Assembly: GCF_900176285.1 (NCBI RefSeq)
Contig: NZ_FWXF01000001.1
Location: 73,582-105,581 of the forward strand
Origin: Desulfacinum hydrothermale DSM 13146
GTDB taxonomy: Bacteria; Desulfobacterota; Syntrophobacteria; Syntrophobacterales; DSM-9756
Direction: 5' to 3'
Length of the DNA stretch: 32,000 nucleotides
Position numbers and translations under genes: made by a program. Shown here in pieces: positions 9,432 through 17,686 of this stretch (positions are counted from its first letter, which is position 1; every line of letters begins with the position of its first letter). The notes under the pieces were generated by a model. The model did not search any database. It was given only the letters and a program-made list of their open reading frames with translations, and was not told the origin of the DNA.

Positions 9432-10334
9432 TCAAGACATGGTTCCGGCTTCCGCCTGGAAAGTCTGCAGGATTTCCTCTTGCAGGGCGATGAGCTTTGC
9501 TTCACTCAGCTTCAACGCCCGCGCGCTGGCAACACCGGCCATCTCAAGCTCCGGCCTCTTGGTGGGTCCCAGTTCCAGCTTGTGGCAGAAGGCGTTGGCC
9601 AGATGAACGATCACGGCGAGGGCCGGCAGGATCTTGGCCCTGGCCGGGTTGTGGTGGCATCCGATGGCCTCGTCGATCTCTTCTGGAAATTGCCACTTTC
9701 GGGCCAGGAGCCGGCCCACTTGGGCGTGGTCGAACCCGAAGACCTCCCTTTCCAGCTTGGCAAAAGACAAGGACGGATCGCTGTAAACCTCCTGGATGAT
9801 CAGGCGCATCTGGTCAGGGAAACGGGTGAACAGGATCATCTTGCCCACATCGTGAAGAAGTCCGGACAAGAAGGATTCATCCACCCGGGAATAGCGAAGG
9901 CGGACGGCGATGGTCCGCGCGGCCAGAGCGCAACCCACCGAATGCTCCCAGAGCAGCTTTTCCGTGAGCCCAAAGGGATCGAAAAGGTCGCGGGTGACCG
10001 AAGCGATCACCAGGGAGCGCACGGTCTTCATGCCGATGATCACCACCGCGTCGCGCAAGGTGGCAATGCTCCGAGACCGGGCGTAAAAGGACGAGTTGGC
10101 CAGTTTGAGCACACGGGCTGCAAGGGACGGGTCCTGGGCAATGAGCTTTTGAATGTCGTTGGCGTCGGCGTCCGGGTCGCTAATCTTTTTGATCACCAGG
10201 CTGGCCACGTGCGGCATGGCCGGCAGGTCGCCTGTCATTTGAACCAGTTTGTCCAGATCGGGCGAGGTCTGGGCTGCCTCCATAACAATTCCGTCCTCTG
10301 GCATGAGATGGGGTTGCACTCGATACTTTTTCAT
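9432..10334 (-). CDS. HDOD domain-containing protein
   Basis: LPAMPHVASLVIKKISDPDADANDIQKLIAQDPSLAARVLKLANSSFYA...FLSGLLHDVGKMILF is typical HDOD. Confidence 0.9.
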   Translation of the reverse strand: MKKYRVQPHLMPEDGIVMEAAQTSPDLDKLVQMTGDLPAMPHVASLVIKKISDPDADANDIQKLIAQDPSLAARVLKLANSSFYARSRSIATLRDAVVIIGMKTVRSLVIASVTRDLFDPFGLTEKLLWEHSVGCALAARTIAVRLRYSRVDESFLSGLLHDVGKMILFTRFPDQMRLIIQEVYSDPSLSFAKLEREVFGFDHAQVGRLLARKWQFPEEIDEAIGCHHNPARAKILPALAVIVHLANAFCHKLELGPTKRPELEMAGVASARALKLSEAKLIALQEEILQTFQAEAGTMS

Positions 10335-10457
10335 AATCGGTGCGAGGAGGAAAAAAGTTTAGGCCAAAATCGCCGCCCGGCGTGCAGGGGTGGGTGGTGC
10401 GGAGGTCTCTTGTTTCCTTTCGCATCGCCCATGGCTTCGCCAGAGCGGTCTCAAGGG

Positions 10458-11015
10458 TCAATCGGAAGATACGCGGCGTGGGGAGCTCGCAGCGTCGTCT
10501 TCCGATGTCTTCACCCCAAGGACCCCATACCTCAGGAGAACGAGCTCCGCCCCCACCCGTTGCACCTCCTTCAGGGTCAAGTCCATGGCGATGTCGGGAC
10601 CGAAAAGGCCCAGTCCGGTGCCGAAGATTTTCGGAGAAACCGTGACGATGACGGAGTCGATGAGGCCTTGGCGGGCGAAGAGGGAGTTGATGTGGGGGCC
10701 GCCGGCCAGGATGACTTCCTCGTAGCCTTGCCCTTCCAGCCACTCAAGGATTCGTTGGGGTGGATCCCCGGAAAAGACCAGGTTTTCCCATGGGGACTTT
10801 CGGGATGGATCGCGGCTCATGACCACGTTGAGACGCCCTGGCAGAGGCTTTCCCAGGGTGTCGAAGGTTCGCGATCCCATGATGATCACGCCCGCCCGAC
10901 GACTCAAAGCGGCGAACACCTTCTTGTCCTCCGGAGGGGTCCAATCGGGAAAATGGTCGGAATTGCGGGCGATCCGACCGTCCAGTGTCATGGCCATGAG
11001 CAGGGTGACTTGCAT
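10458..11015 (-). CDS. RibD C-terminal / dihydrofolate reductase-like protein
   Basis: MQVTLLMAMTLDGRIARN...VIIMGSRTFDTLGKPLPGRLNVVMSRD...VILAGGPHINSLFARQGLIDSVIVTVSPKIFGTGLGLF. Confidence 0.85.
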   Translation of the reverse strand: MQVTLLMAMTLDGRIARNSDHFPDWTPPEDKKVFAALSRRAGVIIMGSRTFDTLGKPLPGRLNVVMSRDPSRKSPWENLVFSGDPPQRILEWLEGQGYEEVILAGGPHINSLFARQGLIDSVIVTVSPKIFGTGLGLFGPDIAMDLTLKEVQRVGAELVLLRYGVLGVKTSEDDAASSPRRVSSD

Positions 11016-11049
11016 GGTGGTGGCTCCGCTTTGGGTCCAGGTCCGGCTT

Positions 11050-12153
11050 TCAGCGAAAGAGCTTTTCGTATTGTGGATAGCCTTCCTTGGCCAGATCTTT
11101 GGCGGGCACGAATCGCAGCGCGGCGGAATTGATGCAATAGCGCAGGCCGGAGGGGGGCGGTCCGTCGGCGAAGACGTGCCCCAGATGGGAATCGGCGTGC
11201 CGACTGCGCACTTCCGTTCTCACCGTGAAAAGGGACCGATCCTCGCGTTCCACCAGGTTGTCCGGTTCCAGCGGGCGCGTGAAGCTGGGCCAGCCGGTTC
11301 CGGAATCGAACTTGTCCAAAGAGCTGAAAAGCGGCTCGCCGGAAACCACGTCCACATAGATGCCGGGTTGCTTGTTGTCCCAGTATTCATTTCGGAAGGG
11401 AGGCTCCGTTCCATTTTCTTGGGTCACCTTGTACTGCATGGAGGTGAGCTTCCGTCTGAGTTCCGCCTCCGTGGGTTTGGAATAAGGGGATGGACCGCTT
11501 TCTTCGGATTTGTGTTGGGGCTCCTCCTTCCAGGTCTTTTTGAGGAAGCTGTCCCGTCCCGAATGGAACCGATAGAAGCGGTAGCGTAACGGGGACTTCT
11601 TGTAATAGTCCTGGTGATAGGTTTCCGCCTCGTAGAATCGTTCCAGCGGTCGGATCTTCGTCGCAATGGGCTTGGAGAAACGGCCGGAACGAGCCAAGGC
11701 TTCCTTGCTTTCCTGGGCCAACCGCCTCTGTTCTTCCGTGTGATAGAAGATGGCCGTGGCGTATTGGTCGCCGCGGTCCACGAACTGCCCGCCGGGATCG
11801 GTGGGGTCCACATGCCGCCAGAAATAATCGAGAAGCTCCTGGTAGGTGACCTTCCGGGGGTCGTAGATCACCTGGACCGCTTCCAGATGGCCGGTGGTCC
11901 CGGAGGAAACCTCTTCGTAGGAGGGGTTTTCCGTGTGACCGCCGGTATAGCCGGAAATCGCTTCCACCACACCTTCCAGCTTCTCAAAATCCGCCTCCAC
12001 GCACCAAAAACAGCCACCCGCGAAGGTCGCTCGCTCCAGATTCTTCTTTTCTTGCGCCATGACGCCGTCTCCTGCTGGCAACCACCCCGATCCCATTCCC
12101 GCGGCAAGCACCAGGATGAGGATCCAAATGGCTCGGGTTTTTCCCGTTTTCAT
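11050..12153 (-). CDS. msrAB: Exported bifunctional peptide methionine sulfoxide reductase MsrA-MsrB
   Basis: Signal-peptide-like N-terminus, MsrA active site [21 protein letters not shown], Msr[10 protein letters not shown]...[31 protein letters not shown]. Confidence 0.95.
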   Translation of the reverse strand: MKTGKTRAIWILILVLAAGMGSGWLPAGDGVMAQEKKNLERATFAGGCFWCVEADFEKLEGVVEAISGYTGGHTENPSYEEVSSGTTGHLEAVQVIYDPRKVTYQELLDYFWRHVDPTDPGGQFVDRGDQYATAIFYHTEEQRRLAQESKEALARSGRFSKPIATKIRPLERFYEAETYHQDYYKKSPLRYRFYRFHSGRDSFLKKTWKEEPQHKSEESGPSPYSKPTEAELRRKLTSMQYKVTQENGTEPPFRNEYWDNKQPGIYVDVVSGEPLFSSLDKFDSGTGWPSFTRPLEPDNLVEREDRSLFTVRTEVRSRHADSHLGHVFADGPPPSGLRYCINSAALRFVPAKDLAKEGYPQYEKLFR

Positions 12154-12406
12154 TGCCCACTCCTTCGGCCTCCTCCGTCCCTGTGTGAACCTGGGGCGAA
12201 AAAGGCTCCTGATCGTTCAACGTGCTTCTTGGACTATAAGCACGGTCGGGAAGGAAGGCACGTAAGAGGCGGACTTGTGGGCGGGGGGCGTGGGGCGTGG
12301 CGTCCCGGGTCCGTTTTTGCACGGGCCCTGGCACGGGAGGATTTCCTTCTGGAAAGATCCTCGCGGTGCGGCGGCCGCTTCGCTGGGCAAGGGGCAGAGG
12401 GGGCTT

Positions 12407-12703
12407 TCAACAGCAGCCTGAATCCAGACTGCAGCAGGAATCGCCTGTCCTTCCCAGAACCGAATTGATCACCGCCTGGGCGCACCCCACTCCCGTCTGG
12501 ACCCGGATGGCTTCCGTGGGGCAATTGCGGGCGCAGGCGCCGCACTCCATGCACGCGTCCCGGTCGGTGATACGTGCCTTGCCGTTTTCCTGGACGAAGA
12601 CCCCGTGGGGACAGACGAGGGAGCACATGCCGCAGCCCACGCAGCGCGACGCTTCGTATTGGAGACTGACCACGTCCTTCAGATAGACCAAATTGCCTCG
12701 CAT
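12407..12703 (-). CDS. hgcB: HgcB, 2x[4Fe-4S] ferredoxin of the mercury-methylation pair
   Basis: 98 aa: CVGCGMCSLVCPHGVF...CMECGACARNCPTEAI plus terminal SCCSLDSGCC, located 22 nt downstream of hgcA. Confidence 0.95.
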   Translation of the reverse strand: MRGNLVYLKDVVSLQYEASRCVGCGMCSLVCPHGVFVQENGKARITDRDACMECGACARNCPTEAIRVQTGVGCAQAVINSVLGRTGDSCCSLDSGCC

Positions 12704-12725
12704 CTTCTTCTTCCCATCGCGGCGT

Positions 12726-13763
12726 TCACGATGTCCAGCGGGCCGTCAGCCACAAGCCCACGAAGGCCGCAAATCCTGCGATTTCCAGCGGTACGGCCCA
12801 GCGCATCTCCTTTTTGACGCCCGAAAGGGACGTGTAGGTGGACGCGCCGGTGAAGTTCATACCCAGATAGGCGGCCACGGAAACCGTTCCCAGGATCCAC
12901 GAAACCGCATCCAGGACGCCGGAGGCTCGCCCCGGGCCCAGGGGCCACAGCAGGGCGGTCGCCAGAAGTCCCGCCCAGATTCCCTTGGCGGCGAAGGCCC
13001 GGCCCGGCAGCCAGGGTAAAAGGAGCGGCGTGAGAACCGCTCCGGCGAAAACACCAGTGGTCATGGCCGTAACGGGCCCCAAGCCGAAAACGGCGGCCGC
13101 CGCCGCAAAGGAACCCGTGCCCAGGGCGCCGGCGAGTGCGAAAAAGATCACCGCCGCCAGTGCCAGCCACTTGAAGGCGTGCACCAGCTCCACGGGAATG
13201 AGGACCATCCGGTCGTACAAGCCGAAACGTTTACGGCGCATGGTGGGGGTGGCCTGCATGCCGGCATCGAGAAAGGCCGGCAGATCCCGGGCCTCCACCG
13301 GTCCAAACACCGCCTTGAAGCCGCATCGGGACCTGACCTTGTGGGCGGCCACTCCCGGGGCGCTCAGTTGCGGCAAAATGAGAAGACGGTGGTTCACCAC
13401 CCTGTCCAGTCCACTGGCTTGAACCCGAAAGACCAGCTCATCCGTCCCGAAGGTTCCCTTTCCCGCCGCACACCACACGTTGATACCCTTGGTGTCCAGG
13501 ACCAGGATCCAGGCGCAGCGGTCCTTCAAAGCCGATCGCAGATGGTCGAAGCTCAGCTTGTAATTGGCCGAGACCAGCACGGGGGCCTCCGAACCTGGTT
13601 CTCCCAGGGCGTAGAGGCCCGGATCCACCGTGTAGTGCATTCGGCCGACGCCCCAGCGGGCTTTTACGGTCCCCCAGCGGTCCCGACCCGTAAGCTGGCT
13701 CGAGACTTGGGGAATCGTCCCCGCGGCGGTTTCCACGCGGCCGATGACGAAGGGTTGATCCAA
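12726..13763 (-). CDS. hgcA: HgcA, membrane-anchored corrinoid protein of mercury methylation
   Basis: 345 aa; cap-helix motif NVWCAAGK (13458..13481); N-terminal PFVIGRVETAAGTIPQVSSQLTGRDRWGTVKARWGVGRMHYTVDPGLYALG; C-terminal multi-TM domain. TTG is the only start available downstream of an in-frame TGA at 13800. Confidence 0.96.
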   Translation of the reverse strand: MDQPFVIGRVETAAGTIPQVSSQLTGRDRWGTVKARWGVGRMHYTVDPGLYALGEPGSEAPVLVSANYKLSFDHLRSALKDRCAWILVLDTKGINVWCAAGKGTFGTDELVFRVQASGLDRVVNHRLLILPQLSAPGVAAHKVRSRCGFKAVFGPVEARDLPAFLDAGMQATPTMRRKRFGLYDRMVLIPVELVHAFKWLALAAVIFFALAGALGTGSFAAAAAVFGLGPVTAMTTGVFAGAVLTPLLLPWLPGRAFAAKGIWAGLLATALLWPLGPGRASGVLDAVSWILGTVSVAAYLGMNFTGASTYTSLSGVKKEMRWAVPLEIAGFAAFVGLWLTARWTS

Positions 13764-13938
13764 GCGGGGCGGGCTCGCCTGAGCCGCAGAAGAAGGGCTT
13801 CAGCCGCGGGGCCTTGCGGGTTCGCACGGCAAGGGTTGAGCCATGGGCAGGGTCGGCCGGGCTTGTGTGCCTTCATCCAGAGGCTTCGGGCTCATGGGAG
13901 CATCCTCTCATGGGTTTCGAAAAGCTTATGGTCGTCTA

Positions 13939-13967
13939 AGAATATACATCGCTACAGCGGGCATCAA
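13939..13967 (-). promoter_or_regulatory. Candidate sigma-70 promoter for hgcAB
   Basis: Reverse strand TTGATG-17 nt-TATTCT; the -35 overlaps the stop codon of the upstream MFS gene. Confidence 0.4.
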
Positions 13968-15157
13968 GTCGGTTCTCCAGCGGGTCGCGGGGCGCGGCTA
14001 AGAAAACCCAGAGCCGCCAGGTTCCCCACGATGGACAGGATGGCGATGGGCTGGAAGGATCCAAAATGTTCCCATAGGGCCGGGCCCACCAGGGCTCCCA
14101 GAACCCTTCCCGCCACCAGCAGGCTGTAGTTGGCGGCCAGCCATTTGCCTCTTTCGCTGGGAGCCAACTGGGAGATGTAGGGAAAAGAACTCACCACGGA
14201 GAATTCAAAGAAGTAGGCCATGGCCATGAGGCTTGCCAGGGCCGCCGCCAGCGAATCGGTCACGAAGGTGAGCAGGAGGTAGCTGGCGGCGGTTCCCACG
14301 ATGCCAAGGGTGAGCCCCCTGCGCTTTCCCAGCCGGTCCACCAGGAGCGCCACGGAGATTTCCGCACAGAATTCGCTGAGACCCAGCAGCGTGGAAAAGA
14401 GCCCCAGCGACTGGACATTGAGACCGAACCGGGATTCCATCCACGCCCCGTAGACGATCATGACGTTTTCATTGCCGCAAAAAATACAAAAGGTGACCGC
14501 CAGCGCCAGCCAGATGCGCCGGGAAGGAACGTTGGGGGCCGCGCTGCCGGTTCCGGACCTTTCAGAAGAGGCCGGTTCGGGGCCGCCGCCCGCGGGCGCA
14601 TCGGGCAACCGGAAGGTGGCCGCAAACAGGAAGACAGCCAGTGCCAGCAGGAGCAGATAGGGCGAGTCCCACCCCCACCGGGCGATCAGCAGGCCGCTCA
14701 AGGGAATGCCCAGAAACCAGCTGGCGGACCAGGACGATTCCACCAGGCCCAGGGCGCGGGCCCTGTGGCGGTAACCCACATGGGCGCTCACATAGGATTG
14801 CACGGACGGATTGTAGACGGCCGTGGCCAGTCCCATCACCACGAAGCCGGTGAAGACGATCCAGTAGTTTTGGGAGACGGTGACCAGAAAGCAGCTGACC
14901 AGCAGGAAGGCGATTCCCAGAAGGAGCCCGGCCTTGTAACCGCGTTTCTCGGCGAAGATGCCAAAGGCGATTCCCGAAAGGCCCACCAAGGATCGGGCCG
15001 CCATCATGAGTCCCGCTTGTTCCAGGCTGATGCCCAACCCCCGTGCCATGGCCGGCAGGAAGGGATAGGCCACCCGGAAGCTCATATTGAGCACAATGCG
15101 ACTGGCGATGAGAAGGAGCCAGGTGCGGCCCCGCATACCCAAGAACACGGTCTCCAT
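13964..15157 (-). CDS. MFS transporter
   Basis: METVFLGMRGRTWLLLIASRIVLNMSFRVAYPFLPAMARGLGISLEQAGLMMAARSLVGLSGIAFGIFAEKRGYKAGLL..., about 12 hydrophobic segments. Confidence 0.88.
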   Translation of the reverse strand: METVFLGMRGRTWLLLIASRIVLNMSFRVAYPFLPAMARGLGISLEQAGLMMAARSLVGLSGIAFGIFAEKRGYKAGLLLGIAFLLVSCFLVTVSQNYWIVFTGFVVMGLATAVYNPSVQSYVSAHVGYRHRARALGLVESSWSASWFLGIPLSGLLIARWGWDSPYLLLLALAVFLFAATFRLPDAPAGGGPEPASSERSGTGSAAPNVPSRRIWLALAVTFCIFCGNENVMIVYGAWMESRFGLNVQSLGLFSTLLGLSEFCAEISVALLVDRLGKRRGLTLGIVGTAASYLLLTFVTDSLAAALASLMAMAYFFEFSVVSSFPYISQLAPSERGKWLAANYSLLVAGRVLGALVGPALWEHFGSFQPIAILSIVGNLAALGFLSRAPRPAGEPT

Positions 15158-15604
15158 CCTGGTTCGGGAAATGGTGAGAATCCGCAAGACAAACCAAGGA
15201 CCTATACTCCGAATCGAAAAGGGACACAAGCGTTCCCGAAGGAGCTTGCCCGAACCCATCTCCCATCATGCCTGAAGACTTTCGATCCTCGTTGTCTCGT
15301 TGGGGCTTCTTATCGCTAACCGGAGGCCTTCCACGATGGAAACGGATTTTCCCAGGACCTGGCACATCAGGGATCGGCCCGGTGCGCCAGCGCCAAGGTT
15401 TGTCCTCGGCGGTCCGGAAAAACTGCGTTCAAAGAGGGGGCGTCTTGGCGCCAAGGCAGGGAAAAGGCGGGAAGACAAGACGGTGGGCATCTCGCTCACA
15501 GCACCCGAAGGGCTGGATAGCCCGCCGGCTTAGGCCGGAATCCGAAATTGTTTCTCAGCCCCGAAAGGGTCGGGCTCCCAAGAAAACGCTTCGTTCTTTT
15601 CGAA

Positions 15605-15835
15605 GCGGTCTTCCTGAGAGCCTGCCCCATAAAGGCCTCGCGGCCGTTTGGGGCTTTCTGACCAGTTGAAACTTCACCGGCCCCGTGGTGCTAGACAGCC
15701 GCAGTGGGGGCGGGTTCAGAACCCGCCCCCACTGCGGCAGGGCCAGGCCGGCAGCATGGGCCCGTCTGGTAGTCCCAAGCTTCCGTCCGTTTAAGAAGGG
15801 AACCACCCTAGGGTTCTCCCACAGCCTTCTAGCCC
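15605..15835. repeat. Intergenic repeat copy C (opposite orientation to the right part of A)
   Basis: ctgaccagttgaaacttcaccggccccgtggtgct and, reversed, ggttcccttcttaaacggacggaagcttggga...gggcccatgctgccggcctggccc, both matching copy A. Confidence 0.7.
15698..15738. repeat. Perfect 20-bp inverted repeat with 1-nt centre inside copy C
   Basis: gccgcagtgggggcgggttc-a-gaacccgcccccactgcggc. Confidence 0.92.
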
Positions 15836-16191
15836 CAGTGTCCTTCCACGTCCGGGCCGTTGCTCTCTGCATACACGCCCCGTTTGAAGTTTTCCACCGC
15901 CTCCCGAATCGTTCCGGACACCTGGGTGTAGACAGGAATGCCGGCGGCCTGGAGCGTTCGAAAGGCCTTGGGACCGCAATGCCCTGTGAGAACCGCGTCC
16001 GGTTTGTGGCGCGAGACGGTCGTGGCGGCCTGGATCCCCGCCCCTTGCGACGCCTGAAGGTTCTGCGTGTTGGGAACCACCTGGTAGTCCAAGGTCTCCG
16101 TATCAACCATGAGAAAATAGGGCGCCCGGCCAAAGCGAGCGTCCACCGGGCTGTTCAGGTCCTCACCCGAGCTGCTGACGGCCACTTTCAT
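15829..16191 (-). CDS. NifX/NifB-like dinitrogenase iron-molybdenum cofactor family protein (ORP-like)
   Basis: MKVAVSSSGEDLNSPVDARFGRAPYFLMVDTETLDYQVVPN...GAGIQAATTVSRHKPDAVLTGHCGPKAFRTLQAAGIPVY. Confidence 0.88.
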   Translation of the reverse strand: MKVAVSSSGEDLNSPVDARFGRAPYFLMVDTETLDYQVVPNTQNLQASQGAGIQAATTVSRHKPDAVLTGHCGPKAFRTLQAAGIPVYTQVSGTIREAVENFKRGVYAESNGPDVEGHWG

Positions 16192-16206
16192 GATGTCCCT
16201 CGCTTT

Positions 16207-17472
16207 TTAGTGATCACAAACATTGGCACCGGTCACCAAGTTCCCCTGGAGATAGCTGTTCACCAGAGTTTCGGGATCCAGGGCGGGAGCTCCCGTCAGG
16301 ACCTGAACCCCGCGTTCCTGGAACAGGCTGATGGCCCGTTGGCCCATGCCGCCCGCGATGACCAGGTTCACACCTTGTTCGGCGATCCATCGAGGGAGCA
16401 CACCGGGTTCGTGGGGAGGTGGGGTCCGTTCTTCCCTGCTTTCAATGCGGCCGTTCTGAACGGTCAGGATGGCAAACCGTTCGCAATGTCCAAAATGATT
16501 GCACAACATCCCGTTGGCCAAAGGGATGGCCACCTTGAAGTTGTCCTTTTCCATCCGCGGTACCTCCTTTGTCACATCGCTGGTCATGGCTTCGGTCTTC
16601 TCCTCCGGTAGAGGTGGAGAACACTTGTCAATCACTTCCGAAAGAAGCCCGTTGAGGCTCTCCAAAAAAGGTCCCGAAGCATCGGAACCGACCTCCAAGG
16701 GCATACCGGCGTCACCGGCCTCCACCACACGCGGTTCGAACGGCAGAGAGCCCAGGAAGGGAATGTTCATGCGTTCGGCCGTCTTACGGCCCCCTTCGGT
16801 CCCAAAAAGCGGAACGCTCTTTCCGCAATGGGGGCACACGAGCCCACTCATATTTTCCACCAGCCCCAGAATGGGCAGATGGGCCTTCCTGCAGAAATTG
16901 ATGGATTTTCTCACATCGCTCAGGGCCACCTCCTGTGGCGTTGTCACGATAACGGCGTGGACGTCCGGGATGATCTGGGCCACGCTCAGGGGTTCATCCC
17001 CCGTCCCGGGCGGGCAATCGATGATCAGATAATCCAGATTTCCCCACTGGACCTCCGAGACAAACTGGCGGATCACGCCGTGTTTGATGGGGCCGCGCCA
17101 GATAACCGCTGAATCGGGGTCTTCCAGCAGGCATTGGATGGAAACCACTTGCAGATTCTCGTTGACCTGGACGGGAACGAGATGTTTTTGGTCGTCCACC
17201 TGGAACATCCCCGTGATGCCCAACATCTTGGGAATGCTGGGACCATGCAGGTCCGCATCCATAAGCCCCACGCGATACCCCTTTTGGGAAAGCCCGAAGG
17301 CCATGTAGGTGGCCACACTGCTTTTCCCCACGCCACCCTTACCGCTCATCACCAGGAGCTTGTGTTGAATTCGCCGCAACTGCTCTTTCAACCGGAGCTC
17401 TTCAGCGGCTTCTTCCCTTTTTGCTGCTTCCGCATCCGTTCCGCACGTATGGGAAGGGCACGATGTAGCCAT
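16207..17472 (-). CDS. Mrp/NBP35-type ATPase fused to a C-terminal NifX/ORP-like domain (MrpORP-like)
   Basis: VMSGKGGVGKSSVATYMAFGLSQ...DADLHGPSIPKMLGI...IIDCPPGTGDEPLSVAQ followed by FKVAIPLANGMLCNHFGHCERFAILTVQNGRI. Confidence 0.9.
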   Translation of the reverse strand: MATSCPSHTCGTDAEAAKREEAAEELRLKEQLRRIQHKLLVMSGKGGVGKSSVATYMAFGLSQKGYRVGLMDADLHGPSIPKMLGITGMFQVDDQKHLVPVQVNENLQVVSIQCLLEDPDSAVIWRGPIKHGVIRQFVSEVQWGNLDYLIIDCPPGTGDEPLSVAQIIPDVHAVIVTTPQEVALSDVRKSINFCRKAHLPILGLVENMSGLVCPHCGKSVPLFGTEGGRKTAERMNIPFLGSLPFEPRVVEAGDAGMPLEVGSDASGPFLESLNGLLSEVIDKCSPPLPEEKTEAMTSDVTKEVPRMEKDNFKVAIPLANGMLCNHFGHCERFAILTVQNGRIESREERTPPPHEPGVLPRWIAEQGVNLVIAGGMGQRAISLFQERGVQVLTGAPALDPETLVNSYLQGNLVTGANVCDH

Positions 17473-17565
17473 GATCTTCTCTCCTTTTTCCTTTCAACGT
17501 CAGAATGGGATGGCAAACCGGAGGAGGTCCCGTGGTGCCAGACATCCTCCGGCACTTCAACTGTA

Positions 17566-17582
17566 GACAACTTTCGTGCCGA
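17566..17582 (-). promoter_or_regulatory. Candidate sigma-54 (-24/-12) promoter of the mrpORP-like operon
   Basis: Reverse strand TCGGCACGAAAGTTGTC: -24 GG and spacing fit, but the -12 reads TTGT rather than TTGC. Confidence 0.5.
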
Positions 17583-17669
17583 ATGGAGCCAAAGGGCTCT
17601 TCACTTGGAGATTCTTGGGATCCGAAGGGGACAGTGGGCGTTTCTCTCCTCCCGAGGGTGACCGGAGTT

Positions 17670-17686
17670 GGGTTCAGGTTGAACCC
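17670..17686. promoter_or_regulatory. Candidate activator (UAS) palindrome GGGTTCA-GGT-TGAACCC
   Basis: Perfect 7-bp arms with 3-nt spacer, about 90-100 bp upstream of the candidate -24/-12 element. Confidence 0.45.

Noticed and set aside
15266-15669. 133-aa plus-strand ORF between MFS gene and NifX-like gene
   Set aside because: Basic, low-complexity translation that runs into repeat copy C; no homology signal I can recognise.
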